A stretch of DNA of 64,000 nt from the human T2T-CHM13v2.0 reference genome, Homo sapiens (GCF_009914755.1 NC_060929.1); one strand, 5' to 3'. Positions 1 to 19,615 are shown, counted from the stretch's first letter. The notes: generated by a model not told the origin, from the sequence alone. Program-made: numbers and translations.

Positions 1-226
1 AGTTGGTGCCCTGCGTCAGCCCCTCTCTTTCAGAGGCACATGCCATGGCCTCCTTGAGAATTCTCCAGTGGCCTCCCTGCCCGAGGCGAGGGCACAACAC
101 AGATGTCCTCAGGCCAAGCAGAGACATGGGCCCAGTGACATCACATTTTCAGATTTTTCTAGAAAAGCCAGATACTTGAATTTTGGGGGGTAATTCACTT
201 GATTTTTATGTGTTAGCCATTAATTA

Positions 227-666
<440 letters not shown>

Positions 667-759
667 TCACTCGGGAGACTAATTTGGCAATATCTAGTAA
701 GGCTGAATTTGTGTCTGCTCCATACCTTGGTCTTTCCACACCGAGGTAGGTACCTGAGA

Positions 760-2045
760 GCAGGCGTATTCAAAATTTGGTCTCAGTAATCCTTTATTCC
801 CTTAAAAATTACTGAGGACTCCAAAAGAGTTTTTGTTTATTGGATATTAATATTTACCCTATTAGAAATTAAAACTGAGAAATATTAAAAGTATTTATTT
901 ACTAATTAAACAACAGTGCTAAATCAATCACAATGTAACATAACATCTTTTTAGTAAAAAATAACCATGCTTTTTCAAAATGAAAAAATTAATGAGAAGA
1001 AGGCACTGTTTTGCATTTTTGGAAATCTCCTTAGTATCTTATTCAGTAGAAGTCACTGGAGTCTCATTAATGCATCTGCAGCTGTATTGGTTAAAATACG
1101 CAAATACGCAAAAGCATATCTGGCTTTATTCACACAGATATGTAGTTAGAAAGGGAGATTCTCTCAAACAAATCAGCAAGAAAACAACCAACAATCCCAT
1201 CAAAGAGTGGGCTAAGGACATGAATAGACAGTTCTCAAAAGAAGATATACAAATGGCCAACAAACGTATGGAAAAATGCTCAACATCGCAAACCAAAACC
1301 ACAATGAGATACCAACTTACTCCTGCAAGAATGGCCATAATAAAAAAATTAAAAAATAATAGATGTTGGTGTGGACGTGGTGAAAAGGGAACACTTTTAC
1401 ACTGTTGGTGGGAGTGTAAACTCGTACAACCACTATGGAAAACCGTGGAGATTCCTTAAAGAATTAAAAGTGGATCTACTGTTTGATCCAGCAATCCCAC
1501 TACTAGGTATCTACCCAGAGGAAAAGAAGTCATTATACAAAAAAGATACCTGCACACGGATGTTTATAGCAGCACAATTCGCAATTGCAAAAATGTGGAA
1601 CCAACCCAAATGCCCATCAATCAACGAGTGGATAAAGAAAATGGTATATATACCGTGGACTATAACTCAGCCGAAAAAAGAATGAAATAATGGCATTCAC
1701 AGCAACCTGGATGGAATCAGAGACTATTATTCTAAGTGAAGTAACTCAGGAATGGAAAATCAAACATCGTGTGTTCTCACTCATAAGTGGGAGCTAAGCT
1801 GTGAGGACGCAAAGGCATAAGAATGATACATTGGACTTTGGGGGGTTGGGGGAAAGGGTGAAGTGGGGTGAGGGATAAAAGACTACAAATTGGGTGCAGC
1901 GTACACTGCTCGGGTGATAGGTGCACCAAAATCTCAGAAATAAAAAAAATAAATAAAAGAAAAAAACAAAAGGGAGGTTCTCACAGGCCCCTGAAAGGGT
2001 CTCAGGGACTCCCTAGGGTTCCTCCGACCACACTTTGAGGACTGA
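760..2045. mobile_element. hAT-Charlie-type DNA transposon interrupted by an L1 3' end
   Basis: Characteristic ends (caaaatttggtctcag…cttaaaaattactgaggactccaaaagag; …gaccacactttgag); a related copy in opposite orientation lies at ~36440-36600 and 37210-37265. Confidence 0.55.
1161..1970 (+). mobile_element. L1 3' end (L1PB-like): ORF2 C-terminus, 3' UTR and A tail
   Basis: Encodes [21 protein letters not shown]…[26 protein letters not shown], typical of L1 ORF2; A-rich tail 1938-1970. Confidence 0.92.
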
Positions 2046-2319
2046 TAGCTTAGAGCCTCTCTTGGGCAGCTTCGTAAGTGCACGTCTACACAGGAAGAAC
2101 ATTAATGCATTGTCTGTAATAGCGAATATTTGAAACAACTGAAATGCACATCTAAAGGATGAAGAAATTGGAGTGTATTTCTTCAGTGGACTACAATGCA
2201 GCAGGAAAAGGAATGTTTGGCATCTGTGTGTATCAACATGGATCAATCTCACGATGTCAATCAAAAAAAGCAGCCGCAGAACGATTCTCATAGTTGACTA
2301 CTATTTGTGTAAAGTTACA

Positions 2320-7420
<5,101 letters not shown>

Positions 7421-7920
7421 AAACCCTACACATTAGGGGCTCCTGCAGATGAATATAACTAAAAAAAGAAGTCTTCACAACTGGACCCTGGGATCAGTTT
7501 ACCCAGGCTTGATGCACTGAATACCTTTTAGGTGCATAAGCTTAAGCACAGGCTCATGCTATTGACTTTATATGTGCCGATCCCCATAGAATTCATTCTT
7601 GTCCGGGAGACTAAAGATCTGAAAACCACATCCCATGGAATGTGGGTGGTTACAAGGTGGCAGCTAGCACAAGCAGCCTCTTTAAAAACCTCTAAACAGG
7701 ATTAGAATCCAGTTTTGTGTTTTCACATTTCAGGGCCCCACTTAGAAATTTACTAGAGGTGAGACTGTCTTCAGAGCCAAACCACAGCAAGCTTTTCCCA
7801 AGCTCCTGCCACCTGCCAGGCTGGGCCCCAAGAGCCTCCTTGCACGCTCGCCTGCTTCCTCCTCCCTGCCACGCTGCGGCCCCCATGCCACGCCTTGGAA
7901 AGGTGAGGAGGCTGGTCCAG

Positions 7921-8388
7921 TGTATTTATTTCCTGTGGCTGCCGAAACAACTGTCCACAAACTGGGTGGCTTAAAACGACACAAGTGTGTTCTCCTACAG
8001 ACCTGGAGGACATCAAGGTGTGGGCAGGGCCGGGCTCCCTCCAAAGGCTCTAGGGAAGAGTCCTTCAAGCCTCTTCCAGCTTCTGGTGGCTCCAGGAGTC
8101 CCTTGGCTCATGGCAACATCACCCACTCTGTGCCTTCGCCTTCACATGGTCTTCTTCGTACGTCTCAAGTCTCCCTCTGTGTCCCTTGTAAGGGATGCTT
8201 GTCATTGGAGTCAGGGCTCTCCTGGTTAATCCATGATGATCTCATCTCAGGATCCTTAACTTAATTGTATCTACAAAGACCCCCCACCCGCCCCCCCTTT
8301 TTTTTTGTCAAATAAGGGCATATTCACAAGTTCCAGGGATTTGATGAGGACCTATCTTTTAGGCGGCCACCACTCGGCCCACTATACC
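7921..8388 (-). mobile_element. MLT1 (MaLR) solo LTR
   Basis: tgtatt…ggctgcc…acaaactgggtggcttaaaac, cttccagcttctggtggc, atccttaacttaat are MLT1 reverse-strand hallmarks. Confidence 0.8.
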
Positions 8389-9720
8389 AGGGAGATTCAG
8401 CTAGAGAGTAGCAGGGCCCAGATGAACTCAGACTAGGGAGTAGCAGGGCCCAGATGATCCTCAGATGAGGATGAGGTAGAGGGGGATGTGTCCTGGTCAT
8501 CTGGTAACCTTCAGAGCCAGGCCCAGCAGAGCCTGTCTAAGTTGGGCTCTCTGTGAATACTAGTTGAATGAATGAGTGCATGAATGAAGGGAGGGGGAAG
8601 GGAAGAACTGACTGAAGTGGGAAGGGGCTTTGTTCCTGGACCTCCCATCCCTCTGCTCATCTGTTTTGGTGGGGATCACAGGTCCCTGCCAGCAGTAGCA
8701 TGGCCCTCTGGCTGTCTCTCCAGCCCTTCCAGAGAACGCCTGTTCAGTGCCCCACTGCCGGCTTCAAAGGCGGCCCTTTCAAGGGGGCAGACAATGCTCA
8801 GCTGTCTGTGCTCTGTGAGTAGTTATGAATTTGGGTGGGAACTTCAGAGAATCACAGGCAGCTCCGATTCCTATGCTTAGGGCCACTCAATCCACTGGCT
8901 TTGAAGCCGCAGATGGGGCCTCTGTGCAGCTTCCAGTGGAGCAGAGTTCAGGAAAGGAAGACAGATGGCTGAGTCATTAGCGGAGGACAAGGGGAAAGCA
9001 TCCTTCAGCTGGAAATCCAGAGCTCCAGATGGGTTCGTGGTGTCCCCTTCAGGAGCTCTGAGCTTCTAGAAGAATATGGGATGCCACCAGCCTCAGTGGC
9101 AACTTTGGTGAGTAAGAAGAGGCTGTCTGGGTCCAGTGCAGTGGCTAACACCTGTAATCTCAGCACTTTGGGAGGCCGAAGTGGTAGGATCACTTGAGTC
9201 CAGGAGTTTCAAACCAGCCTGGGCAACATAGTAAGACCCCATCTCCACAAAATATTTAAAACTTAGCTGGATATGGTGGCATGTGCCTATAGTCCCAGCT
9301 ACTTGGGAGGCTGAGATGGGAGGCTCACTTGAGCCCAGGAAGTCGAGGCTGCAGTGAGCCCTGGTTGTGCCACTGCACTCTAGCTTGGACGACAGGGCGA
9401 GACCCTGTCTCAAAAAAAAAAGAACAAAAAAAGAAAAGAAAGGAAACAAAAGTGTGTCCCCCTGAGGGCCACAGTCCTCAGAACCACAGTGGCATGCTTG
9501 TGTGAGCGCATTTAGCCAACTTGCGGGAATGCAGACAACCAAGGATGGATGCTGGAATGCAGGCTGGAACCAGGCTAGGAAGGACTTTGGTTTTCATGCC
9601 AAGGGATTTGGACCTCATCCTGTACTTGATGGAAGCGCCGAGTGTTGACAGTCAAGTGAAGTGTATTCCCAAAACTAGATCTAAGGGAAATCTGGTTTCC
9701 TATTAGTGGATGTAACTCAC

Positions 9721-10270
9721 TGTGGTGGTTTTAAAACGTGGCTGCAAATCCTTTGACATTCCTCCTATGGAGTGCAGGTCTACGTCTGTGTCCATGACTC
9801 TAAGTCCTTCCCCCTGAATCTAGAAGGGCTTGGGCTGCTCTGACCAACAGGGTGCAATGGAGGTGATGCTATATGACTTCCAAGATTAGCTCATAAAAGG
9901 CTATCCAGCTTCAGCCTGGTTTGCTGTAACTCTTGCCTTTGAGAATTGTGCTGTCATGTAAGAAGTCCAACTATCCTTGAGGCCACCATGCTGTGAGGAA
10001 GCCCAAGCCAGGTGGAGAGGCCGCATGAAGTTGTTCCTGTTGACAGTTCCAACTGAGTCCAGTCTCTGAGTCATTTCGGCCCAGGCTCCAGACACTTCCA
10101 GCCCCCAGTCGTTCCAGTCTTCCCAGATGAGGCTGCAGACTCATGGAATAGAAACCCAAGCCATCCACATTGTGCTTCATCTGACTATTTGACCTACAAA
10201 AGATGAAAATGGTGGTTGATGCATGCCACTATATTTGGGGTGGTTGGTCACACAGCAATAGATAAATGGA
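9721..10270 (+). mobile_element. MLT1 (MaLR) solo LTR
   Basis: tgtggtggttttaaaacgtggc…gctgtgaggaagcccaagcc…ttggggtggttggtcacacagcaatagataa. Confidence 0.78.
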
Positions 10271-11042
10271 AAATCATCAATTACTCGAGGAAGCCAGAGA
10301 TCACTGATGCTTTCATCTGGGTAAGGCAGGCAGTAAAAATGTGAGGGAGTGGAGGGATCTGGGGCAAAAGCACTGCACCATGCACACAGGAGACCCACCT
10401 GATGGCCCTAGGGTGAGCCCTTTGTGACACCTGGATTACAGCAGTAACACCTTGCTAAATGTGAATGAAGAGTTCTGGGGACACCTCCAACTTCAACCAA
10501 CTTCACCTGGGACAATCTCGGTGAGGCCCAGCTATTGCAATAGGCCTGGAGTTTGTGAAGCAGAAACCTCAGCCATCGTGTTGGGCCCATCTAGAGAAGC
10601 AAGCTGTGGATCAGTCCACCTGGGAGGATTAGAAAGGGCTGCCCAGAGGCTCCACTGAGTCCCCCAGCTCTGTCCACCAGGAAGGAGTGGGTCCTCTCCA
10701 TCTCTGCCCCTGGCCCCGTTTCCTCCACAAACACCTCTCCAGGAGCACACAGCACACAGTGCCCTGGTCCTGCTACCTCTGTCCCAGGCCTGCACCAGCC
10801 TACCTTCTGGCCTCCTAGCCTCCAGATGTGTTCCCAGCACCTAGCACATACCTTGGGAGTGGTAGTTGCTCAGTGAGTCCATGGTGCATGAATGAGTGGC
10901 TATGAATTGGCTTCCCATGGGGCTCCTGTTCAGGGAGAGAATTTACTGATCTGATGCTGAGAGATCTGGTTCATGGGGTGATGCGTTTTCCACAACCAAG
11001 CAATAAGTCACATCAGGTTTTCCACATCAGCCTGTGAGCTTT

Positions 11043-11775
11043 TGTGTTAGTTTCCTAGAGCTACACGTAACAAAGTACCGAAAACTAAGTGGCTTAAAAC
11101 AAGGGAGGTTATTGTTTCTGGAGCCTGGAAGTCTGAAATGAAGGTGTTGGAAGAGGCCACGCTTCCTCCGAAGGTTCCGGGGAGAATTCCCTCCCGGCCT
11201 TTCCCGGCTCCTGGTGCTGTAGCAATCTTTGGTGTTCCTTGGCTTGAAGCTGCATCACTCTAATCTCTGCCCCCGTCGTCACGTGGCTGTCTTCTCCCTC
11301 TCTGTCTTCACGTCGTCTTGCCTCTGTGTGAGTCTGTCATTGTGTCCAAACGTACACTTTTTTATTTTTATTTTTTTGAGACCAAGTCTCGCTCTGTCAC
11401 CCAGGCTGGAGTGCAGTGGTACGATCTCGCTCACTGCAACCTCTGCCTCCTGGGTTCAAGCGATTCTCGTGCCTCAGCCTCCCAAGTAGCTGAAATTACA
11501 GGCACCTGCCACCACGCCCAGCTAAATTTTGTATTTTTAGTAGAGACGGGGTTTTACCATGTTGGCCAGGCTGGTCTCGAACTCCTGACCTCAGGTGATC
11601 CACCTGCCTCGCTTCCCAAAGTGCTGGGATTACAGGCGTGAGCCACTGCTCCTGGCCCAATTTACACTTTTTAAAAGGAGACCAGTCATATTGTTTAGGA
11701 CCCACCCTAATGACCTCATCTAGGGGTTAGGACCTTAACATATCTTTACGGGGAACACAATTCAACTCATAACTG
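11043..11775 (-). mobile_element. MLT1 LTR interrupted by Alu (~11358-11657, -)
   Basis: gtaacaaagtacc…aagtggcttaaaacaa, gaagtctgaaatgaaggtgttgg; Alu flanked by tacactttt repeats. Confidence 0.8.
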
Positions 11776-13975
11776 AGCTTGGATAACACAAGTCCCCCTA
11801 AGACAAGCATCTGCCCCCAGGTTGCTGATCAAAAGACTTCCCAGTCAATGGGACAAGGGTGAGAACTGAGCCTGGGGGAGTTCCCCAGGTTACCAGTGGA
11901 GCTCCTACCCTGCCCCACATGGGGGGCTTGTGGGAGTCCCCAGTGTGCCAGCTATACCGTAAGTTTATTGCCTCATTTAAAAGTGCCACCCCCCTTTAAT
12001 TGTTCCTTTGCATCTCTTTTCACATGGTGGCACTCACGACCACAGGTCACTATTTTTTTCACTGTCATCTCTAGGAAGGGTGGGAACCTTATGTATCTCA
12101 TTAGGTCCTATATCCCCAGCACCCAGCACAATGTCCCAATAAACACTGAGTACATGAGTGAATGAAGAGTGAGTTGTCAGAGGGAGAAAGGTTTCAGAAA
12201 GCTCCCTTTGAGCCACTGTAGAGAGGCAGAGACCAAAGTCAATGAGACCAGGAAGGTGGCTGCAGCCACCGGCTGTCACGTAGAAAGCTTTTGAAATTTG
12301 ACTGGTGGAGGTTTCAACCTGAAAGCAAAATGCCGCCTGGGCCTTGCAGGGAGATAAAGCGTTCATGTCCAGTGATAACAGCGCCCCTCGGAGCCAGGGA
12401 GGCGCTGGGCAGGGATCAACGCACACCCGCCCGACAGACAGACCGACGGGTGGTAAATATAGAACAACATGAAAGCAGGCAGCGCTGGCCCAGCCCCTCC
12501 TTTCCAGCTGTGTGGTGGGTGAATCCAACAGAGCAAGGTTTGTTGACCCGCCCCTGTCCAGGGCCACCTCGCCACTGCACCTTTCCTTCCCGGCACCCAG
12601 GGACGGTGATAGCAGAGTGTCGTATGCCCTTGGCAAGCCCCCTTGCAAGGAGGGGCGCACACAGCAGACATGTCATATCTTTCTGTTGAAACCACGTTAT
12701 GCAAACCCATTCAATGACTTCCAAATCCTTTACCAACTCCCATTCAGTGGGTGCTTCTGTGTCCCAGCGGCCACCGCTCACAGCAGCTCCACTCAGGAGG
12801 ACCTCTTATCCCAGTGACATGCAAGCAGAGCCAGGTGCTCAGCAGTGTGTCTGGGCCAAGGTCATGCCTCTGGTGAGCAGAACCCAGGGCTGTCTGAGTC
12901 CAAAGCCTGTGCTCTGATCACGCTATTCCTGACCTCCAGTTCCACACCTGTCTGGGAGGAATCTCAGCTTTGGAGGCCTTAGGTCCACATTCCTGCTTGA
13001 GGCTGAGACCCACAGGGAAGTGGGGAAGGGAGCTGACATTTGCTGAGACTCTATCCAATTTATGCTTCCAACCACAGGGCTTGGTGGTCTTTGATAACCC
13101 CTTTTACAGTCAAGGATATCAAAGCTCTGAGTGGTGGAACAATTTGCCTTCATAATGGCAGAGCTGGGATGAGAACCTGGGTCAGAAGGTGCAAAGCGAG
13201 TGTTTTCTGCACTACCCCACGGTCTCTTCCTGAAGAGGACCTTTCTGCACCTTCCCTTGGCTCACTCACATGTCAGGTCCCCGTCTCTCCTACCAGGGCT
13301 TCTTGCTCCAGGACTGGTCAGCCACGGGCCCTGTTTGCTTTGTGGCTGTAGGATGTGGCCAATCCCCTCACCCGAGGGCTGTGCTGGAGATAAGAGGTCA
13401 GGGACTGCTGGGCTGGGCTGGGTGGCATTTAGGGGTGGGAACAGGCTTCATGTGGCCAAGGCCCGGTGGAGAGACACCAGGGTGGTCACAGCCCTCAGGA
13501 CTTTTTGTATAGATTGAGGAATAAGGACAAGCTATGGATAACCAGTGAAGGCTGACAAGCCCCTCGGTGAGACACGCTTAGAGGAGGCCCTTGAGCTCCA
13601 GTGGGAAAATCATTGCTGGGGCCACATCATTCACTAAGTGTTTATCGAGCACTAGGTGCAGGGAAGAGGAATGGGAGGAAGGAGAGGAGGAGGAGAGGGA
13701 GGCCACAGAGTCTAAAAGCTTGAGTTCTAAAGGCAGACTGCCTGGCCCATATCCCAGCTCCTCTAGTTGTTGTTACTGCCATGACAACATTTGCCACATC
13801 AGGCTACGCTTGCCTGTTGATGATTCTTTCTCTCTGTGTCGTTAGCTATGGCCACAGTAATGCTGCCTAACAACAACTAAAGAACCGCAGAGGTGGCCAG
13901 GCACAGTGGCTCACGCCTGCAGTCCCAGCACTTTGGGAGGCCGAGGTGGGCGGATCATTTGAGGTCAGGAGTTCA

Positions 13976-14308
<333 letters not shown>

Positions 14309-14719
14309 TCACTCCCTAGGTCTCTCCCTGCCTCCTAGAACCAGTGGCCCAGCCTGGGCTTGCTCTTCTCCAGATGTGGCAGAAACGCAGGAGCACAGGC
14401 CCAACGGTGCAAATGCTGCCCCAGCCTCTGCTGCCATCTTATTGCCAACATCCCATGGCCAAGGCAAGTCACAGGGCCGAGCCCAGTGCCAAGGGGGTGG
14501 GCTGGGGGACGCAATGAATATATTGCAATGATAAACGAATCTACCACACATGCCCTCCATAGTGTGAGCTCCAATGGGACCCTTACTGATTGTTGGGTTC
14601 CTTGTCCTTGGCACAGGGCTGGCCACAGAATAAATACTCAACAGATAATCATAATGATGATAATGGCTAATGTCTATCAAGTACCTACTATGTGACAGGC
14701 ACTATGCTAAGAGATTTAC

Positions 14720-15175
14720 TTTCTTTCTTTCTTCCTTTCTTTTCTTTCCGTTCCTCCCCTCCTCCCCTCCTCCCTCCCTCCCTCTCTCTCTCTTTTCTTT
14801 CTTTCTTTCTTTCTTTTTCTTCTCTCCTTCCTTCCTCTCTCCCTCCCTCCCTCCTTTCTTTCTTTCTTTCTTCTCTCCTTCCTTCCTTCCTCCCTCCCTT
14901 TCTCCCTCTCTCCCTCTTCCTCTCTCTCTCTCCCTCTCTCTCTTTCTTTCTTTCTTTCCTTCCTTCCTTCCTTCTTTCTTACTTTCTTTATTTCTTTCTT
15001 TCTTTCTTCTCTCCTTCCTTCCTTCCTCCCTCCCTCTCTCCCTCTCTCCCTCTTCCCCTCTTCCTCCCTCTCTCTCCCTCTCTCCCTCTCTCCCTCTCTT
15101 TCTTTCCTTCCTTCCTTCCTTCCTTCCTTCCTTCCTTCCTTCCTTCCTTCCTTCCTTCCTTCCTTCTTTCTTTCA
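14720..15175. repeat. ~455-bp polypyrimidine compound microsatellite (CT/CTTT/CCTT), expanded Alu tail
   Basis: Almost purely C/T on +; abuts a minus-strand Alu. Confidence 0.95.
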
Positions 15176-16207
15176 ACAGAGTCTCACTCTGTTGCCCAGG
15201 TTGGAGTGCAGTGGCATGATTTTGGCTCACTGCAACCTCCACCTCCTGGGTTCAAGTAATTTTCTCGCCTCAGCTTCCTAGGTAGCTGGGATTACAGGTG
15301 CGCACCATGACGCCCGGCTAATTTTTGTATTTTTAGTAGAGACAGGGTTTCACTGTGTTGGCCAAGCTGGTCTCGAACTCCTGACCTCAGGTGATCTGTC
15401 CACCTTGGCCTCCCAAAATGCTGGGATTACAGGCATAAGCCATTGCATCCAGCTCTTTTTCTTATTTGGCTTAGTAACCCTGTGATGTAGGTCCTACTAT
15501 TCTCATTTTATGAATGAGAGCATTGAGGTCCAGATAAGTTAGTAACTGGCCCTAGGTCACAAGGTCCTGTAAGAGCAGAACGTAGCCTCAGCAGTCTGGC
15601 CCTAGGGTCTGAGCTCCCATCAAGTATAAAATAAGTCCTGTAAAGGGAATGCTGAGCTCAGCTGGGGCAGGTGGCAGAGGCAGGATGGAAGAGGCCTCCC
15701 TTGACCTGAGACTTGAAGGATGAGGAGGACTTACAGGGAGTCAGACTGGGAAGGGTATTCCCGGCAGAGGGAGCAGCACATGCTAAGGTGCAGGGTGAGA
15801 TAGATCATGGCTGCTGGGAATCTACAAGTGGTTAAGTGCTGCCAGAGAGTAAATTTCTGGAGGCAGCAGGTGGGAGATGAGGCTGGAGGGAAGGGCTTGT
15901 CATGTGGCAGGGATTGTTCCTTTTCTCCTCTATATAGAGTAACTGAATTTCCTGATGGGCATTAACATGAATATCAGCTTAACCCTGCATTTGTCAGCCT
16001 CCCTTGCAGCTAGGTAGGTATGGCAAGGTGACTATTTCAGATAATGAGATGAGTGAAAGTTCTGGATTGTGCCCTTAAAGGAACACGAGCCAGGCGTGGT
16101 GCCCACGCCTGTAATCCCAGCACTTTGGGAGGCCGAGGAGGGCAGATCACCTGAGGTTAGGAGTTCGAGACCAGCCTGACCAACATGAAGAAACCCTGTC
16201 TCTACTA

Positions 16208-16380
<173 letters not shown>

Positions 16381-19300
16381 TCAAAAAAAAAAAAAAAAAA
16401 AAAAAAAAGGAACAAGAGTGCTCCCCTTCCCTTCTTGGGGTGAAGGAGCCATCTAAGACCAGGAGGTGGCTCCTGCATTTTAAAAATTACTTTTTACCCA
16501 ATGATTCTGTTAGAGACATGGCTGCCACATGTTAAGAATGAATTGCAGAAGATAAGTAGAGCCTGGATTCCCAATACCATCAAGCCACAAATCAGAGCAA
16601 ATTTTACACAAAAAAGATAGAACCTTCTCATTTGTTTAGGTAATTGTAGTTTGGGTCTTTTTGTTGTAGCAGCCTAACTTTATCCTAACCATTGCATCAT
16701 ACAACTTCATTATACCATGCAGAAGAATTTAGATTTTTTCCTCAGATCAGGGGCTGCAAATCTAAGGCCTACAGGGACCAGGCAGGCCATGTGGCAGGCT
16801 GGATGTTTCTTTTCACCAAGAAATATACTCTTTGCTGTTCTCCTTGAAACAAAGGACCCTCTTCATCTATCTCTAATTCTCCAAGACATGTATATAGAAA
16901 TCTTTCTCTGTTCTAAACTGCTATAAGAAAAACAACTAGCTGGGGTCAGTGGTATGCGCCTGTAGTCCCAGCTACTGAGGAGAGAGGATCGTTTGAGACC
17001 AGGCATTCAAGGCTAGAATGAGCTATGATCATGCCAATGTGCTCTAGCCTGGGTGACAGAGCAAGACCCCGTCTCTAAAAAAATTTTTTTTTAATTGGCA
17101 CCATCATTTTATTGGGGAGCAATAGGGAGTGGTGGGGACTGTGGTGTAGTGGATGAAGATACCTCAGGTCAAGCTGCCACGGAGCTTCTCTAGTTGCTGC
17201 CACATGGGAACAGGGATCCAATTTCTCAGGAGGTTCATGACCTGGATTTGTAAATTTCGCAGTTTATATAGGGGAGGAACTCAGAGGCTGTTGAGAGAGC
17301 TGCCACTCAGAGGCCTCAGGGAAAGGCTCGGTCCCACGGACAGTCTGAAGCTCCATACAGCAGTGTGAGTCCTGTGCACTCCAGGCCACCTGGAACCAAG
17401 ATGATGCAGGACAAAAGAGAAGTCCATTGGGACCAGCACAGAGCCCCACTCCCCGAGCCCTGCTGGCTATGCCGAGGAGGAACAGGAGGCCATTTTCTGA
17501 GCTCCTGGTATAATCTTTACAGCTGTGACATAAATATTCATAAAGATCACATACATTGTGCTCGTTTTTTAAAGTTAGCCCTGCCTGGGCCAAACAAAAC
17601 TAGTTTATGGCCTTGGGTCTAGTGACTGGAAGGCATGATAGAATGTTGAATGAGGACATCAAGGGGACAGATTTGTGTTTCCAAAACACTGTGGAGATTC
17701 TGCTTAATTCGGCAAGACCAAAAAATTAAAAAAAAAAAAAAATCGAAGTGTGGAGAATGGGTTGCAGGGCGAGGGCGAGAGACAGCCAGTGTCTGGGCTG
17801 GCAGGAGGCAGTGGAGCCCAACCAGGAGATGGTGACCACACTGGTTAGAACCCAGTGCTGCAGCTGAGATGACTAGACTGGCCTCTTTTGCTGGTTCACC
17901 CTGGGCAGTGTCTCCGCAAGGCGCCGAGCCTCGCCCTGTGGTCCGGGCTTCGAAGGTTGAGGGATGCTGGCCCCAGCAGAGAGTTGTGTCTCTTGAGCCT
18001 TAATCCCTTGAGGGGAAAGCTGGCTGTAACAGCACAAATATGGGGACAGCCGGCCCCACCCGCTGCCCAGGAAGCTGCCCTGCCTGTCTATGTCAAGGTC
18101 AGAAGTCAAAGTCATTGAAGGGCAATGTGCCTGGCTTATGGCACCTACGGCCCTGGCCACACAGCTGGAAGCTACACTAAGGCAGCAACGCCCAGGGCAT
18201 GATTCACAAGCTCCTGGGCTGCAAGAGAGAATTTTAGGTGACTCACAGAAAACATTTGACTTTCAATTGCTTTGTACTTTTTTTTCAAATGCCTTTGGGA
18301 AATAAAGCTGGCATATCGAAGCTGTGATTTCACTGATATTACTGTTTAGAATTAGGTGAGTAAAAGCAGTGAGTCCATTAACATGAACTTAAAGAAAACT
18401 ATAAAATAAAGGGACATGTCCTCAGGGTTTCCTGAGGGCTTTGTCATGGGCAAAAAATCATCATTATAATAAAAATATAAAATAAATAACAGCATAAGCA
18501 GTGAGTAGACATGGTAGAGAGGGTGGCGGTGGGACAATAGGCGTGGCTTGAGCTCTGATTTCCAACTCCACCAGCACGTTTTTAATTCCCCCTGGCTGCT
18601 TTGCATGTGCTGGGCATGGGCTCAGTATGTTTGCACACAGCACGTCCCCTGTGGCTCACAAGTCTGCCTGAAAAAGCTTTTCATCCTCATTTAAGGATAA
18701 AAACCTAAAAGGTCAAGGGACTGGCCAGGTCAGTGTGTGGCTGCTGGGGACAGGGTGACACGAAGGTTGGGGAGATTCTCACTGCAAACCGCTTTGGGAA
18801 GCTGGGCTGGGGGAGGAAGCCGCTCTGGCTCGGGGCGGACACTTCGTCCCCAGGGGAAGTACATCTCCCATTTGCTGTGTTGAGCAGTGGGGAGAGCTGT
18901 TCCCGGGATGCCTGGAGGGCAGCCTGGCATTTGGGTCCAGGTTCATAATCTCAGAATCTGGGGGAAAGCATCTTTTTTTCCATAACTAGTTATGTCTCCC
19001 CCTAGACCCCATTTTTCTAGGACCCAATCAAGTTGCTTCCCAAACACTAAAGAATTCTTACAGGTTCCCGGCCTTTTCTTCATCTCACAGGACGCTCTGG
19101 TTTCTGCTGTCGGCCCTTCTCCCTCCTCTCCAGCAGTTCTAACCCCATCTGCCCGCAAAGCCTCTGTAAATAAGATAAACACAACAACAGATCTAATATC
19201 AAAGGCGTGGGAGGTTGAAAGTGGACACAGGTGATGTGCATGTAGAGCAGACGTCCCGTATGCCTCACCCGTCTTCAGACCACCCCAGCCGCTGCTGCAG

Positions 19301-19527
19301 GGAGCACCCCTCTGTGAGCACTGTCCAAGTGCACACAAGCACAACCTATGAGCGGGCCTTGCGCCCAGGCTGCCCACCTCTCACCTGCAGCCCGAGGGCT
19401 ACCCTATAGCCATTGAGGAGTGAGGCGCTGAGGGTCCACTCGGTCCCATGCAAAACCTAGAACTGCAGGGGACTCCATCCCTGTGAGGAAAACCCTCCAC
19501 CTATAGGAAATGGGAACGGGCAGAGCC

Positions 19528-19551
19528 CTCCCCTCCCCTCCCCCTCCTCCC

Positions 19552-19615
<64 letters not shown>

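Noticed and set aside
980-1685. ORFs resembling the C-terminus of a reverse transcriptase protein
   Set aside because: Decayed L1 ORF2 remnant, 5'-truncated and frameshifted.
8392-8466. Short tandem duplications (~33 bp x2 here; 12 bp x2 at 49968-49992; 10 bp x2.5 at 26563-26588)
   Set aside because: Ordinary slippage products with no sign of function.
14670-15281. 203-aa and 175-aa ORFs rich in S/L/P/F (also 20645-21329, 19457-19762, 34167-34524)
   Set aside because: Translations of pyrimidine/purine microsatellites and Alu.
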